A DNA stretch of 64,000 bases from an uncultured Nitrospira sp. GTDB taxonomy: Bacteria > Nitrospirota > Nitrospiria > SBBL01 > JAADHI01. The position numbers were made by a program, and so were the translations under genes. The stretch spans positions 5,537 through 69,536 of the forward strand of contig CAYVHO010000008.1 in the NCBI GenBank assembly GCA_964451325.1, given 5' to 3'. Shown piece after piece: positions 26,215 to 36,300 of the stretch. Below the pieces are notes generated by a model. It was given only the letters and a program-made list of their open reading frames with translations, made no database searches and was not told the DNA's origin. Every line of letters starts with the position of its first letter. The stretch's first letter is position 1.

Positions 26215-27210
26215 TTAACTTACAGACATCATGCCGATGGAAGAGGGTAAGTGCTCTTGAATTTCAGCGATTTCACTTTCACCTAAACGAAAATCCATGG
26301 CCTTTGCAAAACCATCCACCTGTGCGGCACTGCGTGCACCTACAATCGCGCCTGTGACGGCGGATAATCTCAGTGTCCAGGCAATGGCGACTTCGCCGGG
26401 AGAGCGACCGTGAGATTTTCCTATCTCACGTAAAATTTCTACAAATGCCAGATTTCGGGACAAATAGGGTTCTTTAAATGCGGGATTTACATTGAGTCGC
26501 CAGTCGGATGCAGGCAGGGCATCAATGCGTGCACGGGTCATGCGGCCGGATAACATGCCGTTGTGCATGGGAGAATAGACGATGACCCCTATCCCATTTT
26601 TTTCACAAAAAGGGAGAATCTCCGTTTCCACGTCTCGCATCAGTGCTGAATACGGCGGCTGAAGAGAGGCCAGTGGTGCGATTTTTTGCACGACTTCGAG
26701 TTGCTCAACTGAAAAATTGGATACCCCGATGTATCTAATTTTTCCTTCCGAGACAAGGGCGGCGAGTGTCTGCCAGGCTTCTTCAAGATCATGTGCAGGG
26801 CTTCCGGGGGGAAAAGAAGGCCAATGAATCTGACATAAATCCAGAACATCAACTTCTAAACGCCGAAGGCTGGTTTCGACCTCAGCACGAATGGAATCGG
26901 CCTTGAGGGAGTGACCAATATCCTTATGTTCATCCCAAATCATGCCGCACTTGGTCAATATAAGTGGGCGCTTTGCACTCCCGATGTTTTTTAAGGCTTT
27001 GGCAACAATTATTTCAGCATGACCCAAACCATAAACCGGTGCAGTATCAATCCAATTGATTCCACATTCAATCGCACGTTCTATGGCTGCAATGGAGGCG
27101 TCGTCGTCCTGAGCCCCCCAACCAAAGCTCCAATCTCCACCAATGGCCCAAGTGCCTAAACCAATCGATGAAATTTTAAGATCCGTGTTTCCCAAAGTCG
27201 CTAAAGTCAC
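26215..27210 (-). CDS. Aldo/keto reductase
   Basis: GLGTWAIGG, IDTAPVYG and the GVSNFSVEQLE motifs. GTG start with an AAGGAG RBS. Confidence 0.85.
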   Translation of the reverse strand: MTLATLGNTDLKISSIGLGTWAIGGDWSFGWGAQDDDASIAAIERAIECGINWIDTAPVYGLGHAEIIVAKALKNIGSAKRPLILTKCGMIWDEHKDIGHSLKADSIRAEVETSLRRLEVDVLDLCQIHWPSFPPGSPAHDLEEAWQTLAALVSEGKIRYIGVSNFSVEQLEVVQKIAPLASLQPPYSALMRDVETEILPFCEKNGIGVIVYSPMHNGMLSGRMTRARIDALPASDWRLNVNPAFKEPYLSRNLAFVEILREIGKSHGRSPGEVAIAWTLRLSAVTGAIVGARSAAQVDGFAKAMDFRLGESEIAEIQEHLPSSIGMMSVS

Positions 27211-27417
27211 GGCACTCTCCTTTTTCTAGTCAGAAATTAAAAAAATAGCTAAAAAAAGATCATACCTTCCTTCGATCAGAGCGTCAATTGAGATAAACAT
27301 AAGTTTTCTGAAAGGCTTGTGTTTTTAAAGAAAATTATATAAACAAAGCACTCTTAGTTAAAATAAGCCGTAATGGAAAGTATCTCAAAAGACCGATCAT
27401 TAAAGAAAGGCGGGAGA

Positions 27418-28065
27418 ATGGAAATAACCCTGGACGAAGCTGAGATTCGTATATTGGGTGCACTGATGGAAAAAGAGCTGACAACACCCGATTATTACCC
27501 ACTGTCCTTAAATGCCCTCAAAAATGCCTGTAACCAAACCACCAATCGCGACCCCTTGGTTTCGTACAATGACTTAATCATTCACGCGGCCCTCGAAGGT
27601 TTGATCGAAAAAGGACTGGTTTGGGATGCCCACTTGGGGCGTGTCGCAAAATATGGCGAAAACATCGCCGAAAAATTTAAACTGCTGCCGCGTGAAAGCA
27701 TCGTACTCGCCCTCCTGCTGCTTCGTGGCGCACAGACCGTCGGAGAGCTGCGTGGTCGCTCAGAGCGCGTCTATCATTTTGAAAATTTGGAAGCAGTACA
27801 CGCCGTATTAGATCACCTCAAATCTTTGACTTGGGTTCGCATGCTGCCCAGACAGGCCAGGCGAAAAGAATCCCGCTACATGCATTTATTTTCAGGAACA
27901 AGCGAAAGTAAAACAGAACCCGAAACCACTTCGGTGACAACAAAGACACCCGCTGCTGCTTTGCAGAAGAATGCTCTCTTGGAACTCAAAGTCGCCCACG
28001 ATGTTTTACGTGAAGAATTTGAAACCCTCAAACAGAGCTTTCTTGATTTTAAGGCGCAATTTTAA
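27418..28065 (+). CDS. YceH family protein (DUF480/UPF0502)
   Basis: The LDEAEIRILGALMEKELTTPDYYPLSLNALKNACNQ signature. The internal ATG at 27418 is preferred. Confidence 0.75.
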   Translation: MEITLDEAEIRILGALMEKELTTPDYYPLSLNALKNACNQTTNRDPLVSYNDLIIHAALEGLIEKGLVWDAHLGRVAKYGENIAEKFKLLPRESIVLALLLLRGAQTVGELRGRSERVYHFENLEAVHAVLDHLKSLTWVRMLPRQARRKESRYMHLFSGTSESKTEPETTSVTTKTPAAALQKNALLELKVAHDVLREEFETLKQSFLDFKAQF

Positions 28066-28173
28066 GCCATCAAAAAACCCGCCGTTTCTTCCTTAATCCT
28101 CGTCTTAATAAAGGGGTAAGCCATTGATTTTAAATAAAAAATAAAATATTTTTTATTTTTTACCCAAAAAAGC

Positions 28174-28200
28174 TAAAGTTTTCTCTCCGTCTTCCGATAA
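28174..28200 (+). promoter_or_regulatory. Sigma28 (FliA)-type promoter
   Basis: TAAAGTTT-N11-TCCGATAA versus the enterobacterial consensus TAAAGTTT-N11-GCCGATAA. It lies 21 nt upstream of the ATG at 28222, and an AGGAGG RBS follows. Confidence 0.6.
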
Positions 28201-28221
28201 GAGTTGATAGGAGGACTCTAG

Positions 28222-28566
28222 ATGATTTCAGCAATGAATAGCGCTCAGTCTGGCATCAGCGCTGGACTGAAACGACAAGAAGTTTCTGCGAACAATGTCG
28301 CGAATGTCAGCACGGAAGGGTTTAAGAAGGACACCGTCATCCAAAATGAAGGCAGCACGGGTGGGGTCGTGGTTCATATTGAAAAAAGCAGCATCCCTGG
28401 CCCACAGTTGCCGGAAGCCGACGGAAGCCTGGTTGAAGGCTCAAACGTGGACTTAGCCGAAGAAGCAGTCAATCAGAGCATCGCCACAACAACATTGGGT
28501 GCAAACCTGGCTGCCTTAGAAGCCACACAGCAAGCAGAAAAAAGCATGATTGATCTCTTTGCCTAA
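28222..28566 (+). CDS. Short flagellar basal-body rod-family protein (FlgC-like)
   Basis: 114 aa. The N-terminal SANNVANVSTEGFKK matches the Flg_bb_rod signature. The C-terminal SNVDLAEEAVNQSIA....GANL resembles the rod-protein C-terminal segment. Confidence 0.65.
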   Translation: MISAMNSAQSGISAGLKRQEVSANNVANVSTEGFKKDTVIQNEGSTGGVVVHIEKSSIPGPQLPEADGSLVEGSNVDLAEEAVNQSIATTTLGANLAALEATQQAEKSMIDLFA

Positions 28567-28580
28567 AGAGCTGAAAGCGA

Positions 28581-29285
28581 TCAATTAGCCTTTAGAAAAT
28601 CCAAAATCCACCGTGCAATCTTTGCATGGTCGTTTGAAGCATGCAAAGATTGCAGTGCTTGCTCTGCACGGGAAGTGCCGATGATCGCCCGTCGACCTGT
28701 AATTAAGTGACGCAGGTAGGCGGGTGAAAATTCGGGATGGCCCTGCAAGGTCAAAATGTGTTGGTCTATCTGAAAGCTTGCATTGGGGCAAAAGGCATTT
28801 CCTGCAATGGCCTCTGCTCCCGGTGGCAGTTCAATCACCTGATCCTGGTGGCTTACTAAAACTTGGAAGACCGCCTCCGTGTGTCCCATCCAATTTTTTT
28901 TGCGAAGTATATTCTGCTTACTCAGCCCCACGCCCCAGCCTAAGTCGCTTTTTTTGACGACTCCACCCAAGGCTTGTGCAATCAGCTGATGCCCAAAACA
29001 AATCCCGATGAGTTTTTTTTTATGGATGTGGAGTGTTTGTATCTCTTCCTCGAGTCGTCGAATCCACGCTTTGTTTTCGTAGGGGCTGGTCTTGCTGCCC
29101 GTAATGAGGTAGGCATCACAATCGTCTATCGTGTCTGGATATTCAAAATGCATGACGTCGTAAACCTGAATGACCAGTTGATCCATCAAAGGCAAAAACA
29201 GCTTTTGGAACATTTCAGCATAAGTGCCGTATTTTTTTTGAATGGTTTTGTCGAGATGGTCTGTTTCAAGAATGCCGAGTTTCAC
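28581..29285 (-). CDS. Class I glutamine amidotransferase-like hydrolase
   Basis: Nucleophile elbow ICFGHQLIAQALGG and the QGHPEF His motif. GTGA overlap with the upstream gene. Confidence 0.8.
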   Translation of the reverse strand: MKLGILETDHLDKTIQKKYGTYAEMFQKLFLPLMDQLVIQVYDVMHFEYPDTIDDCDAYLITGSKTSPYENKAWIRRLEEEIQTLHIHKKKLIGICFGHQLIAQALGGVVKKSDLGWGVGLSKQNILRKKNWMGHTEAVFQVLVSHQDQVIELPPGAEAIAGNAFCPNASFQIDQHILTLQGHPEFSPAYLRHLITGRRAIIGTSRAEQALQSLHASNDHAKIARWILDFLKAN

Positions 29286-30460
29286 AGATCAGCGCCTGTC
29301 ACGGCATCTTGAAAGATCTCAGCATAATCTGCGGCGCTGAATACAATCGGATTTCCGGAAGCCGAAGGATCAGCACAGGCCATTTGTCCGACACGCCTGT
29401 ATTCTGTAGATGAAATTCCAATTTCTTGCAGGGTTTCAGGAATTTGAAGCCTTCTTCTCAGTGACAGAATCCAATCATAAAAAACTTCAAATGAAGGATC
29501 GGGCAATTCGAGAAAAGTCGCTGCCCGTTTCATTTTATGCGCAATGGCTGAGCGATTTTTAAGCAAGACATAAGGCAATAAGATGGCATTAAGCAAACCA
29601 TGGTGTGCATCATAAAGCGCCCCCAGGGGATGCGCGAGTGCATGTACTGCCCCAAGCCCTTTTTGAAAAGCGACCGCGCCCATTAAGGATGCGGCCAGCA
29701 TTTGACTCCGAGCGGGTAGGTCTTGCCCCTGATCATAAGCCTTGAAAAGGCTTTCTTTCACCAAACGCATGCCTTCAAGCGCAATCCCTTCGGCCATGGG
29801 GTGAAATCCGGGCGCACAATAGGCTTCCAGGCAATGTGTAAAAGCATCTATCCCTGTTGCTGCGGTAAGCTGAGACGGCAAAGCAATGGTTAAAACCGGA
29901 TCAGCAATCACAATTTCGGGCAGCATCTTCGGGTGAAAGATAATTTTTTTGATTTGGGTGGCATTGTCGAGAATGACGGAAGCCCGACCCACCTCTGAGC
30001 CCGTTCCTGCCGTTGTCGGGATGGCAATAATGGGCGCGACTCCTTCTATTTTCACACGTTTCCAATGGTCGTCTACATCTTCAAAGTCCCAAAGCGGACG
30101 ATTTTGTGCAACCATCAAGGCGATGGCTTTGCCCGCATCCAAGGCACTGCCACCCCCGATGGCGATCACCCCATCACATTGACCTTTATGATAGGCAAGA
30201 ACACCGTTTTCAATGTTTTCTCCTGTGGGATTGGATTTTACGTCTGAAAATAAAAGCGTTTCAAGACCTGAACTCGTATTCATTTCAAGGATATCCTGCA
30301 TGAAGGGTTCTCCGGCCAAGCCCATATCCGTCACCAATAAAGGCCGTGAGATCTTGAGTGCAAGACAGCTTTCAGGCAAAAGTGAAATACGGTAAGCCCC
30401 GAAATGTACCCTGGTGGGATAATTCCAATCGCCTTGTAAATTTGTTTTTGTGAATGTCAT
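29282..30460 (-). CDS. Iron-containing (group III) alcohol dehydrogenase
   Basis: GGGSALDAGKA, the PTTAGTGSE motif and the His cluster AVHALAHPLG. Confidence 0.85.
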   Translation of the reverse strand: MTFTKTNLQGDWNYPTRVHFGAYRISLLPESCLALKISRPLLVTDMGLAGEPFMQDILEMNTSSGLETLLFSDVKSNPTGENIENGVLAYHKGQCDGVIAIGGGSALDAGKAIALMVAQNRPLWDFEDVDDHWKRVKIEGVAPIIAIPTTAGTGSEVGRASVILDNATQIKKIIFHPKMLPEIVIADPVLTIALPSQLTAATGIDAFTHCLEAYCAPGFHPMAEGIALEGMRLVKESLFKAYDQGQDLPARSQMLAASLMGAVAFQKGLGAVHALAHPLGALYDAHHGLLNAILLPYVLLKNRSAIAHKMKRAATFLELPDPSFEVFYDWILSLRRRLQIPETLQEIGISSTEYRRVGQMACADPSASGNPIVFSAADYAEIFQDAVTGADL

Positions 30461-31860
30461 GGATCACTCTTCAAATAAAATGATTTTGGTCGGGTGAGTT
30501 GTCCGTATCCGAGTTCTGAAAGGGCACAGCCGCGCCCGGATTGTTTTACCCCCACCCAGGCCAGGGTCGGATCAAGCGTGTCACATCGATTCATAAAAAC
30601 GGTGCCACATTGCAAACGATCCCCCAGGGCTGTGGCAGCGTGTCCATGCATTGTCCAGATAGACGCGGTTAGGCCATAGGGGCTGTCATTCATCAAAGCC
30701 AGGGCTTCATCGTCATTCGCAACCTTCATAATCCCAACAACAGGGCCGAAACTTTCTTCTTGCATGACTTTCATAGAATGATCGACATTGATCAAAACCT
30801 GTGGTGCCAAATAGGGGGATGCATTTTTATTCGCCTTAAAATGTGTGGGATCAATACAGCGCGTCGCCCCAGCGTTCAGGGCCTCGGCAATCTGTTTTCG
30901 CACATGCTCGGCTGCGTGTACGCTCACCAGTGGGCCGAGTGTCGTTTCTTTTTCAAGTGGATTGCCCAAACGCAATTTTTTCACTTCGGCCACAAAGGCT
31001 TCGACAAAAGTCTCATAAAGCGAATCAGCCACATAAATACGCTCGACGGCGCAACAAGACTGACCGGCGTTGAAATAGGCTCCATCCACAAGTTGTGTGA
31101 CCGTCTGTTCCAACTTTGCATCGGCGCGGACGTAAGCAGGATCTTTTCCACCCAATTCTAATGCCAGGCCCTTCATTAAACCTGCCGCACTCTTTTCGAT
31201 CCGTTTTCCCGTCAAAACGGAGCCGGTAAAAGAAACAAAGTCAATCTCCGGGCTTTTGATTACGGCCGAACAATCGTGGTCAGAAAGATGTAAATACTGA
31301 AACAGGCCTTCCGGTAATCCCGCCGCATCAAAGGCATTTTGAAATCGTTCTGCACACAAAAGCGTCTGCGGAGAATGTTTTAAAATAAGGGCATTGCCCG
31401 CCATGAGCCCCGGAATAATGGCGTTAATCGCGGTGAGATAAGGATAATTCCATGGGGCGATTACAAAAACAACACCCACAGGCTCGCGGCGAATAAAGCG
31501 TGTGAGTCCGTCTTTTTTTTGAATTTGGATCTTTCTGAGGGCTTTTTCCGCGATCTCGACCATGTGGTGCCCGCGGGCTGCCAGTCCCTTAATCTCTCCC
31601 GGCGTATCGCGGATGGGTCGGCCTATTTGCAAAGTGAGTTCTTCCGCAAGTTCATCACAATGCGCCAGCATATATTCAATGGCGCGCAAACAAAAATCAG
31701 CGCGTTCTTCAAGTGGAGTCTGTTTCCAAAGACTTTGTGCTTTGACCGCAGCGCTTAAAACGTGTGCGATTTTGTCGTCCGAGGCCAAGTAACGCTCGGC
31801 AACAATACGCCCATCAATCGGGGAAATAATTTCAATTTTTTGCTGATTCTTCACTGACAT
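30457..31860 (-). CDS. NAD(P)-dependent aldehyde dehydrogenase
   Basis: FTGS, ELGGKDP and the catalytic Cys region NAGQSCCAVERIYV. Confidence 0.9.
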   Translation of the reverse strand: MSVKNQQKIEIISPIDGRIVAERYLASDDKIAHVLSAAVKAQSLWKQTPLEERADFCLRAIEYMLAHCDELAEELTLQIGRPIRDTPGEIKGLAARGHHMVEIAEKALRKIQIQKKDGLTRFIRREPVGVVFVIAPWNYPYLTAINAIIPGLMAGNALILKHSPQTLLCAERFQNAFDAAGLPEGLFQYLHLSDHDCSAVIKSPEIDFVSFTGSVLTGKRIEKSAAGLMKGLALELGGKDPAYVRADAKLEQTVTQLVDGAYFNAGQSCCAVERIYVADSLYETFVEAFVAEVKKLRLGNPLEKETTLGPLVSVHAAEHVRKQIAEALNAGATRCIDPTHFKANKNASPYLAPQVLINVDHSMKVMQEESFGPVVGIMKVANDDEALALMNDSPYGLTASIWTMHGHAATALGDRLQCGTVFMNRCDTLDPTLAWVGVKQSGRGCALSELGYGQLTRPKSFYLKSDP

Positions 31861-31883
31861 CCAAAAAATAATGAATCATTACG

Positions 31884-33260
31884 CTATATGATTTCAAAAT
31901 ATCGTTCTAGCTCCCACTGCGAGATATGTTTTCTAAATTCCCGTTCTTCCCATTCTCGACTGGCCGCAAAATGATCCACAAAGGGATCTCCGAAATAACT
32001 TCTTGCGGTATCAGAGGATTTTAAAGCTTGAGCGGCGTCCCAAAGCGTCGCAGGAAGCTGCAAATGTTTGGGGAATTTCTGATCATAAGCATTGCCCGAA
32101 ACCATCGCTTCGATTTCGGCCTTGTTTTCGATCCCCCAAAGCCCGGACGCAATCACAGCAGATAAGATAATGTAGGGATTGGCGTCTGCTGCGGCGATCC
32201 GATACTCCAGGCGTTGTGACTTTTTGTTGCCAGGGATAATGCGAATGGCACAGGTCCGATTATCGATCCCCACACTGGCTTCTGTCGGGGCCCAAAAACC
32301 GGGAATGAGACGACGGTAGCTGTTGATTGTGGGTGCAATCATGGCCATCAATTCCGGCATCAATTTTTGTTGACCCGCGACAAAATGACGCATTGTCCGA
32401 CTCATTTTCCCTTCTGAATCTTTTTCAAAAAAGAGGGGTTTCCCTTCAAGGTTTTTGAGTGAAAGATGGATGTGTCCACTTTGCCCTGGAGAGTCGGGAG
32501 AGCATTTTGCCATAAAGGTTGCGATCTTTCCCTGTTTTTGCAGGGCGACTTTGCTAAAGGTTTTAAAGAGTGCAGCCTTGTCCGCAGAAGCCATTGCCCG
32601 GTCATAAGTCAAGGCGGCTTCTAAGACACCTGGGCCTGTTTCTTCATGCAGGCCTTCCAATGGGAAATCCATCTCTTCCGACAAATTCAATAGGCTCTGA
32701 TAGGTTTCCGACTCGACACTGTTTCGAATCACAGAATAGCCAAATTCACCGGGAGTCATGGGTTTGAGGTTTTGATACTGTTTTTCGCGGATGCTCAGGG
32801 AGGTTTCGTTAAAAACAAAAAACTCGTATTCAAATCCGGAAAAAACCTCCAGACCGATTGTTTTGGCTTTGTTGAGCACCCGCTGAAGCGTGACCCGGGG
32901 GCAGATGGCCGCGCCTGTTCCTGAGAATTCTGCCAGAAAAAGAAGCGTTTTGTCTTCAAGCGGCAGTTCACGACAACTTTCGGGGATAATCCGGGCCGTG
33001 GCATCGGGATAACCCGTATGCCAGCCGGTATAGTTTACATTGTCATAGAGTTGGTCTTTGACATCCCACCCCAAAACCACATCGCAAAAGCCAAAACCAT
33101 TTTCGAGGGCAGAAAAGAATTTTTCACGCGACATGTATTTGCCACGCATCACGCCATCAATATCGAAGAGGCCAATTTTTACATGTTTTAGCTTTCGTTC
33201 TTCAACAATCTGGCGGGCCTGTGTGGTATTTGAAACATCCCGTACTTGCATGATGTCCAC
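31884..33260 (-). CDS. Glutamine synthetase family enzyme (gamma-glutamyl-amine synthetase-like, PuuA/GlnA3-type)
   Basis: 458 aa. GS catalytic-domain motifs (GPGVLEAAL, SGHIHLSL, NSYRRL, NRTCAIRI). First gene of a four-gene minus-strand operon. Confidence 0.85.
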   Translation of the reverse strand: MDIMQVRDVSNTTQARQIVEERKLKHVKIGLFDIDGVMRGKYMSREKFFSALENGFGFCDVVLGWDVKDQLYDNVNYTGWHTGYPDATARIIPESCRELPLEDKTLLFLAEFSGTGAAICPRVTLQRVLNKAKTIGLEVFSGFEYEFFVFNETSLSIREKQYQNLKPMTPGEFGYSVIRNSVESETYQSLLNLSEEMDFPLEGLHEETGPGVLEAALTYDRAMASADKAALFKTFSKVALQKQGKIATFMAKCSPDSPGQSGHIHLSLKNLEGKPLFFEKDSEGKMSRTMRHFVAGQQKLMPELMAMIAPTINSYRRLIPGFWAPTEASVGIDNRTCAIRIIPGNKKSQRLEYRIAAADANPYIILSAVIASGLWGIENKAEIEAMVSGNAYDQKFPKHLQLPATLWDAAQALKSSDTARSYFGDPFVDHFAASREWEEREFRKHISQWELERYFEII

Positions 33261-33330
33261 TCCAAAGGCGTCTTCAACCAGTTTACCTTTTTACCCGAGA
33301 CTTGTATAGGAAGCTTTGTTTCGCTGCGGA

Positions 33331-36300
33331 TTATCTGAGCTTTAAAAAGCTGGCGGAGGGATCTCCGAGCACGGGGCGGTGATAGAGATAGCCCTGCGCT
33401 TCGTCACAGCCGAGCGATTGCAGAAACCGATGTTGCGCTTTTGTTTCAACGCCTTCGGCAATGACACCAATCTGAAGACTATGTGCAAGCGTTTTTATCG
33501 CGCGTGTGATCCGCATACCCTTCTTTTCTTCTGGCAGGTTCTGCACAAAAGATCTGTCAATTTTGAGACGATGAATGGGCAGACGACTTAAGTGGCTGAG
33601 TGAAGAATATCCCGTGCCAAAGTCATCAATCGTGATATAGACCCCCTTATGGGACAATTCATCCAGAACGTCAATGGTATGCGAGATTCGTTTCATGATG
33701 GCTGTTTCTGTGATTTCGAGCTCCAGATGTTCCGCCGCTAAGCCTGTTTTTTTTAAGGCCTGGGAAACCCAATTTGTGATGTCGCTGCGTTGAAATTGTA
33801 CGCCGGAAACATTGACGGAAACACGATTTAAAGCTTGTCCTTGTTTGATCCAGGTGTCCATTTGAGCACAAGCCGTTTCCAGTATCCATTCTTCAATGCC
33901 TTGAATTAAACCTGATGTTTCGGCAAAGGGGATAAATTTATCAGGAAAGAGAAGCCCTAATTCCGGATGATTCCAACGGACCAGTGCTTCCGCAGTGGTG
34001 ACTTGATTTGTTTTTAAGGAGTACTGCGCTTGATAGTGCAGTACCAGCTCATTTTCTCTCAAGGCCTGATAGAGTGCTTTTTCGAGACTGAGGTGTTCAA
34101 AGGTTGCCAGAGACAAGGAGGGAGTCGAAAATTGAAATTTGTTTCGGCCGACTTTTTTTGCGCGGGTCATGGCGACTGTTGCATTGTTCATGAGCCCCTC
34201 GCTGTCAGTCGCATCTTCGGGGCATAAGCTGATCCCCACACTGATATTCAGGGGTATTTCATGTTCATTCACAACAAACACTTTTTCAAAGACCGCTTTT
34301 AATTTTTTAACCAAAAAGACAAGATCTTGTGATTGACTCATTTTTTCCATGAGAATGACAAACTGGTCTTCTTCAAGACGTGCGACGGTATCCTCACCTC
34401 GAATACTTTGTTTGATCCGTTTCGCGACTTGTTTTAAAAGCAAGTCGCCGATGGAGTAGCCGAAGCGTTCATTGATTTTTCTGAAATAATCCAGATCGAG
34501 CAATATGACCGCCAGTTGTTTCTCTTCTCGCTGGCGATGTCTCAAGGCGTGATCAAGTCGATCTTTGAATAAAATTTGATTGGGCAGCTTTGTTAAAGGA
34601 TCGTGATGACCAAAAAAATGACCGTGTTTCTGCGAAGACCTGAGTGGAGAGATATCCGAAAATACCAAGACATAATTGACGATTTTATGCGCAGAATCGC
34701 GCACCGTCGTGATGGTTGACCAAGTGGGAAAAAGTGCTCCATTTTTGCGCCTTTTCCAAAGCTCTCCTTTCCAAAGATCCTTATCTCGCAAATCGTGTAC
34801 TTGCAGATCCAAAAAAACCTCGGGATGTTTCCCAGATCTGAGCAGGTCTGATTTTTTTCCAAGTACTTCTTCGCGGGTATAGCCCGTGATCTCACTGTAG
34901 GCGGTGTTAATTTCAATAATTTCGTGTTTATCGTTCATGATGGTCACAGCATCTTCGGTATTATTGACGGCAATAAGGGATTGACGTAGTTTGGCTTCGA
35001 CCTTTTGTTGATGGGTAATATCCTGGACAATCCCGAAGGAGCGTACGGCTTTTCCGGCATCATCATAGAAGGTTTCGCATTGTTCCTTGACGTGTTTGAC
35101 GGTTCCATCGGCCAAAAGTAAACGATGTGTGATGTTGTAAGGAATCCCATTGATGACCGATTGTGTATAGGCTTGGTCTAGTGTGCTGCGATCGTCCGGG
35201 TGCACCAGTTTCAAAAACCCCTCATAGGTGGCCTCCAGTTGTTTCGGCTCCAGGCCAAATATTCGGTAGATCTCGTCCGACCAGCTTAAGATATTGTCGA
35301 CAATGTCAAGGTTCCAAACCCCAATATGAGCAATGCGCTGGGTTTCTGTCAGGATGTAGTCACTTTTGCTCAAATTTTTGATGGTGCATAAGTTGTTAAG
35401 GGTCTGCGTCAATTGCGCTGCAATTTCCAAAAAGAGCGTGTCTTCGGTTTTAGAAAAAAAATGCGAGGCGTTACGGTAATGAATGCCAAATATCCAGGGT
35501 TTTCCGACCTTTGTTTTAATCGCGGTACACATCATGGACTGTGTATCGCTGCTCCGCGGATCTTCTCTTGGCCAAGCGGTTTTAAGGTCGCACTTTAGAG
35601 TCCCTTCGGATGCCAGCACTTGTTGACAGCGTGCGGGATTGAGTGGAATAAGGACGTGTCCACGGACATCACTTTCGGGCAAGTGAGATTGACTGACCAC
35701 TTTTACGATTTGATGTCCTTCTCCTGAGCTTTCTTCCTCGAGGGGAGTCACTTGCGTGAGCCAAGCCCGATCTGTACCAAAACCTTCCAAAACAATACGC
35801 AACACTTCTTCTAATAAAATTTCGTTGTGGCTTGCACGCAAACAGGCCGCGCCAATATCTTCGATGATTTTGCTACGTGTCTCACTCTGTTTCTGTTGAG
35901 AAATATCTCGTGTTATTCCTTCAAAAAATAGGGGGTTTCCTTGTTTGTCGTAAACCCACATTCCTTCTGTCTGAACCCACTGGCTTTTCCCTGTGATCGT
36001 CAATATCCTGTGTTGTTGGGACAAGGCCATTTTTGTTTCCAGTGCATCTTGCATCTGTGTTTGCAGTGTTTTTAAATCCCCTGGATGAATCAAAGAGAGA
36101 TAACCCCCCTGTTCACGCATCAGTGTTGAAGGATGATGCCCTGTCAAGGAATACAAGCCTTCATTTATAAAAAGAAGCGTCAATGGTGTGTCATGTTGAC
36201 ATCTAAAAAGAATGCCCGGGAAATGATTTACTATGGATAGGAGCTTGTTTTGGCTGAGCAATGTGGCATTTTTCTTTTTTAAATGAAAGAGGATGAAAAT

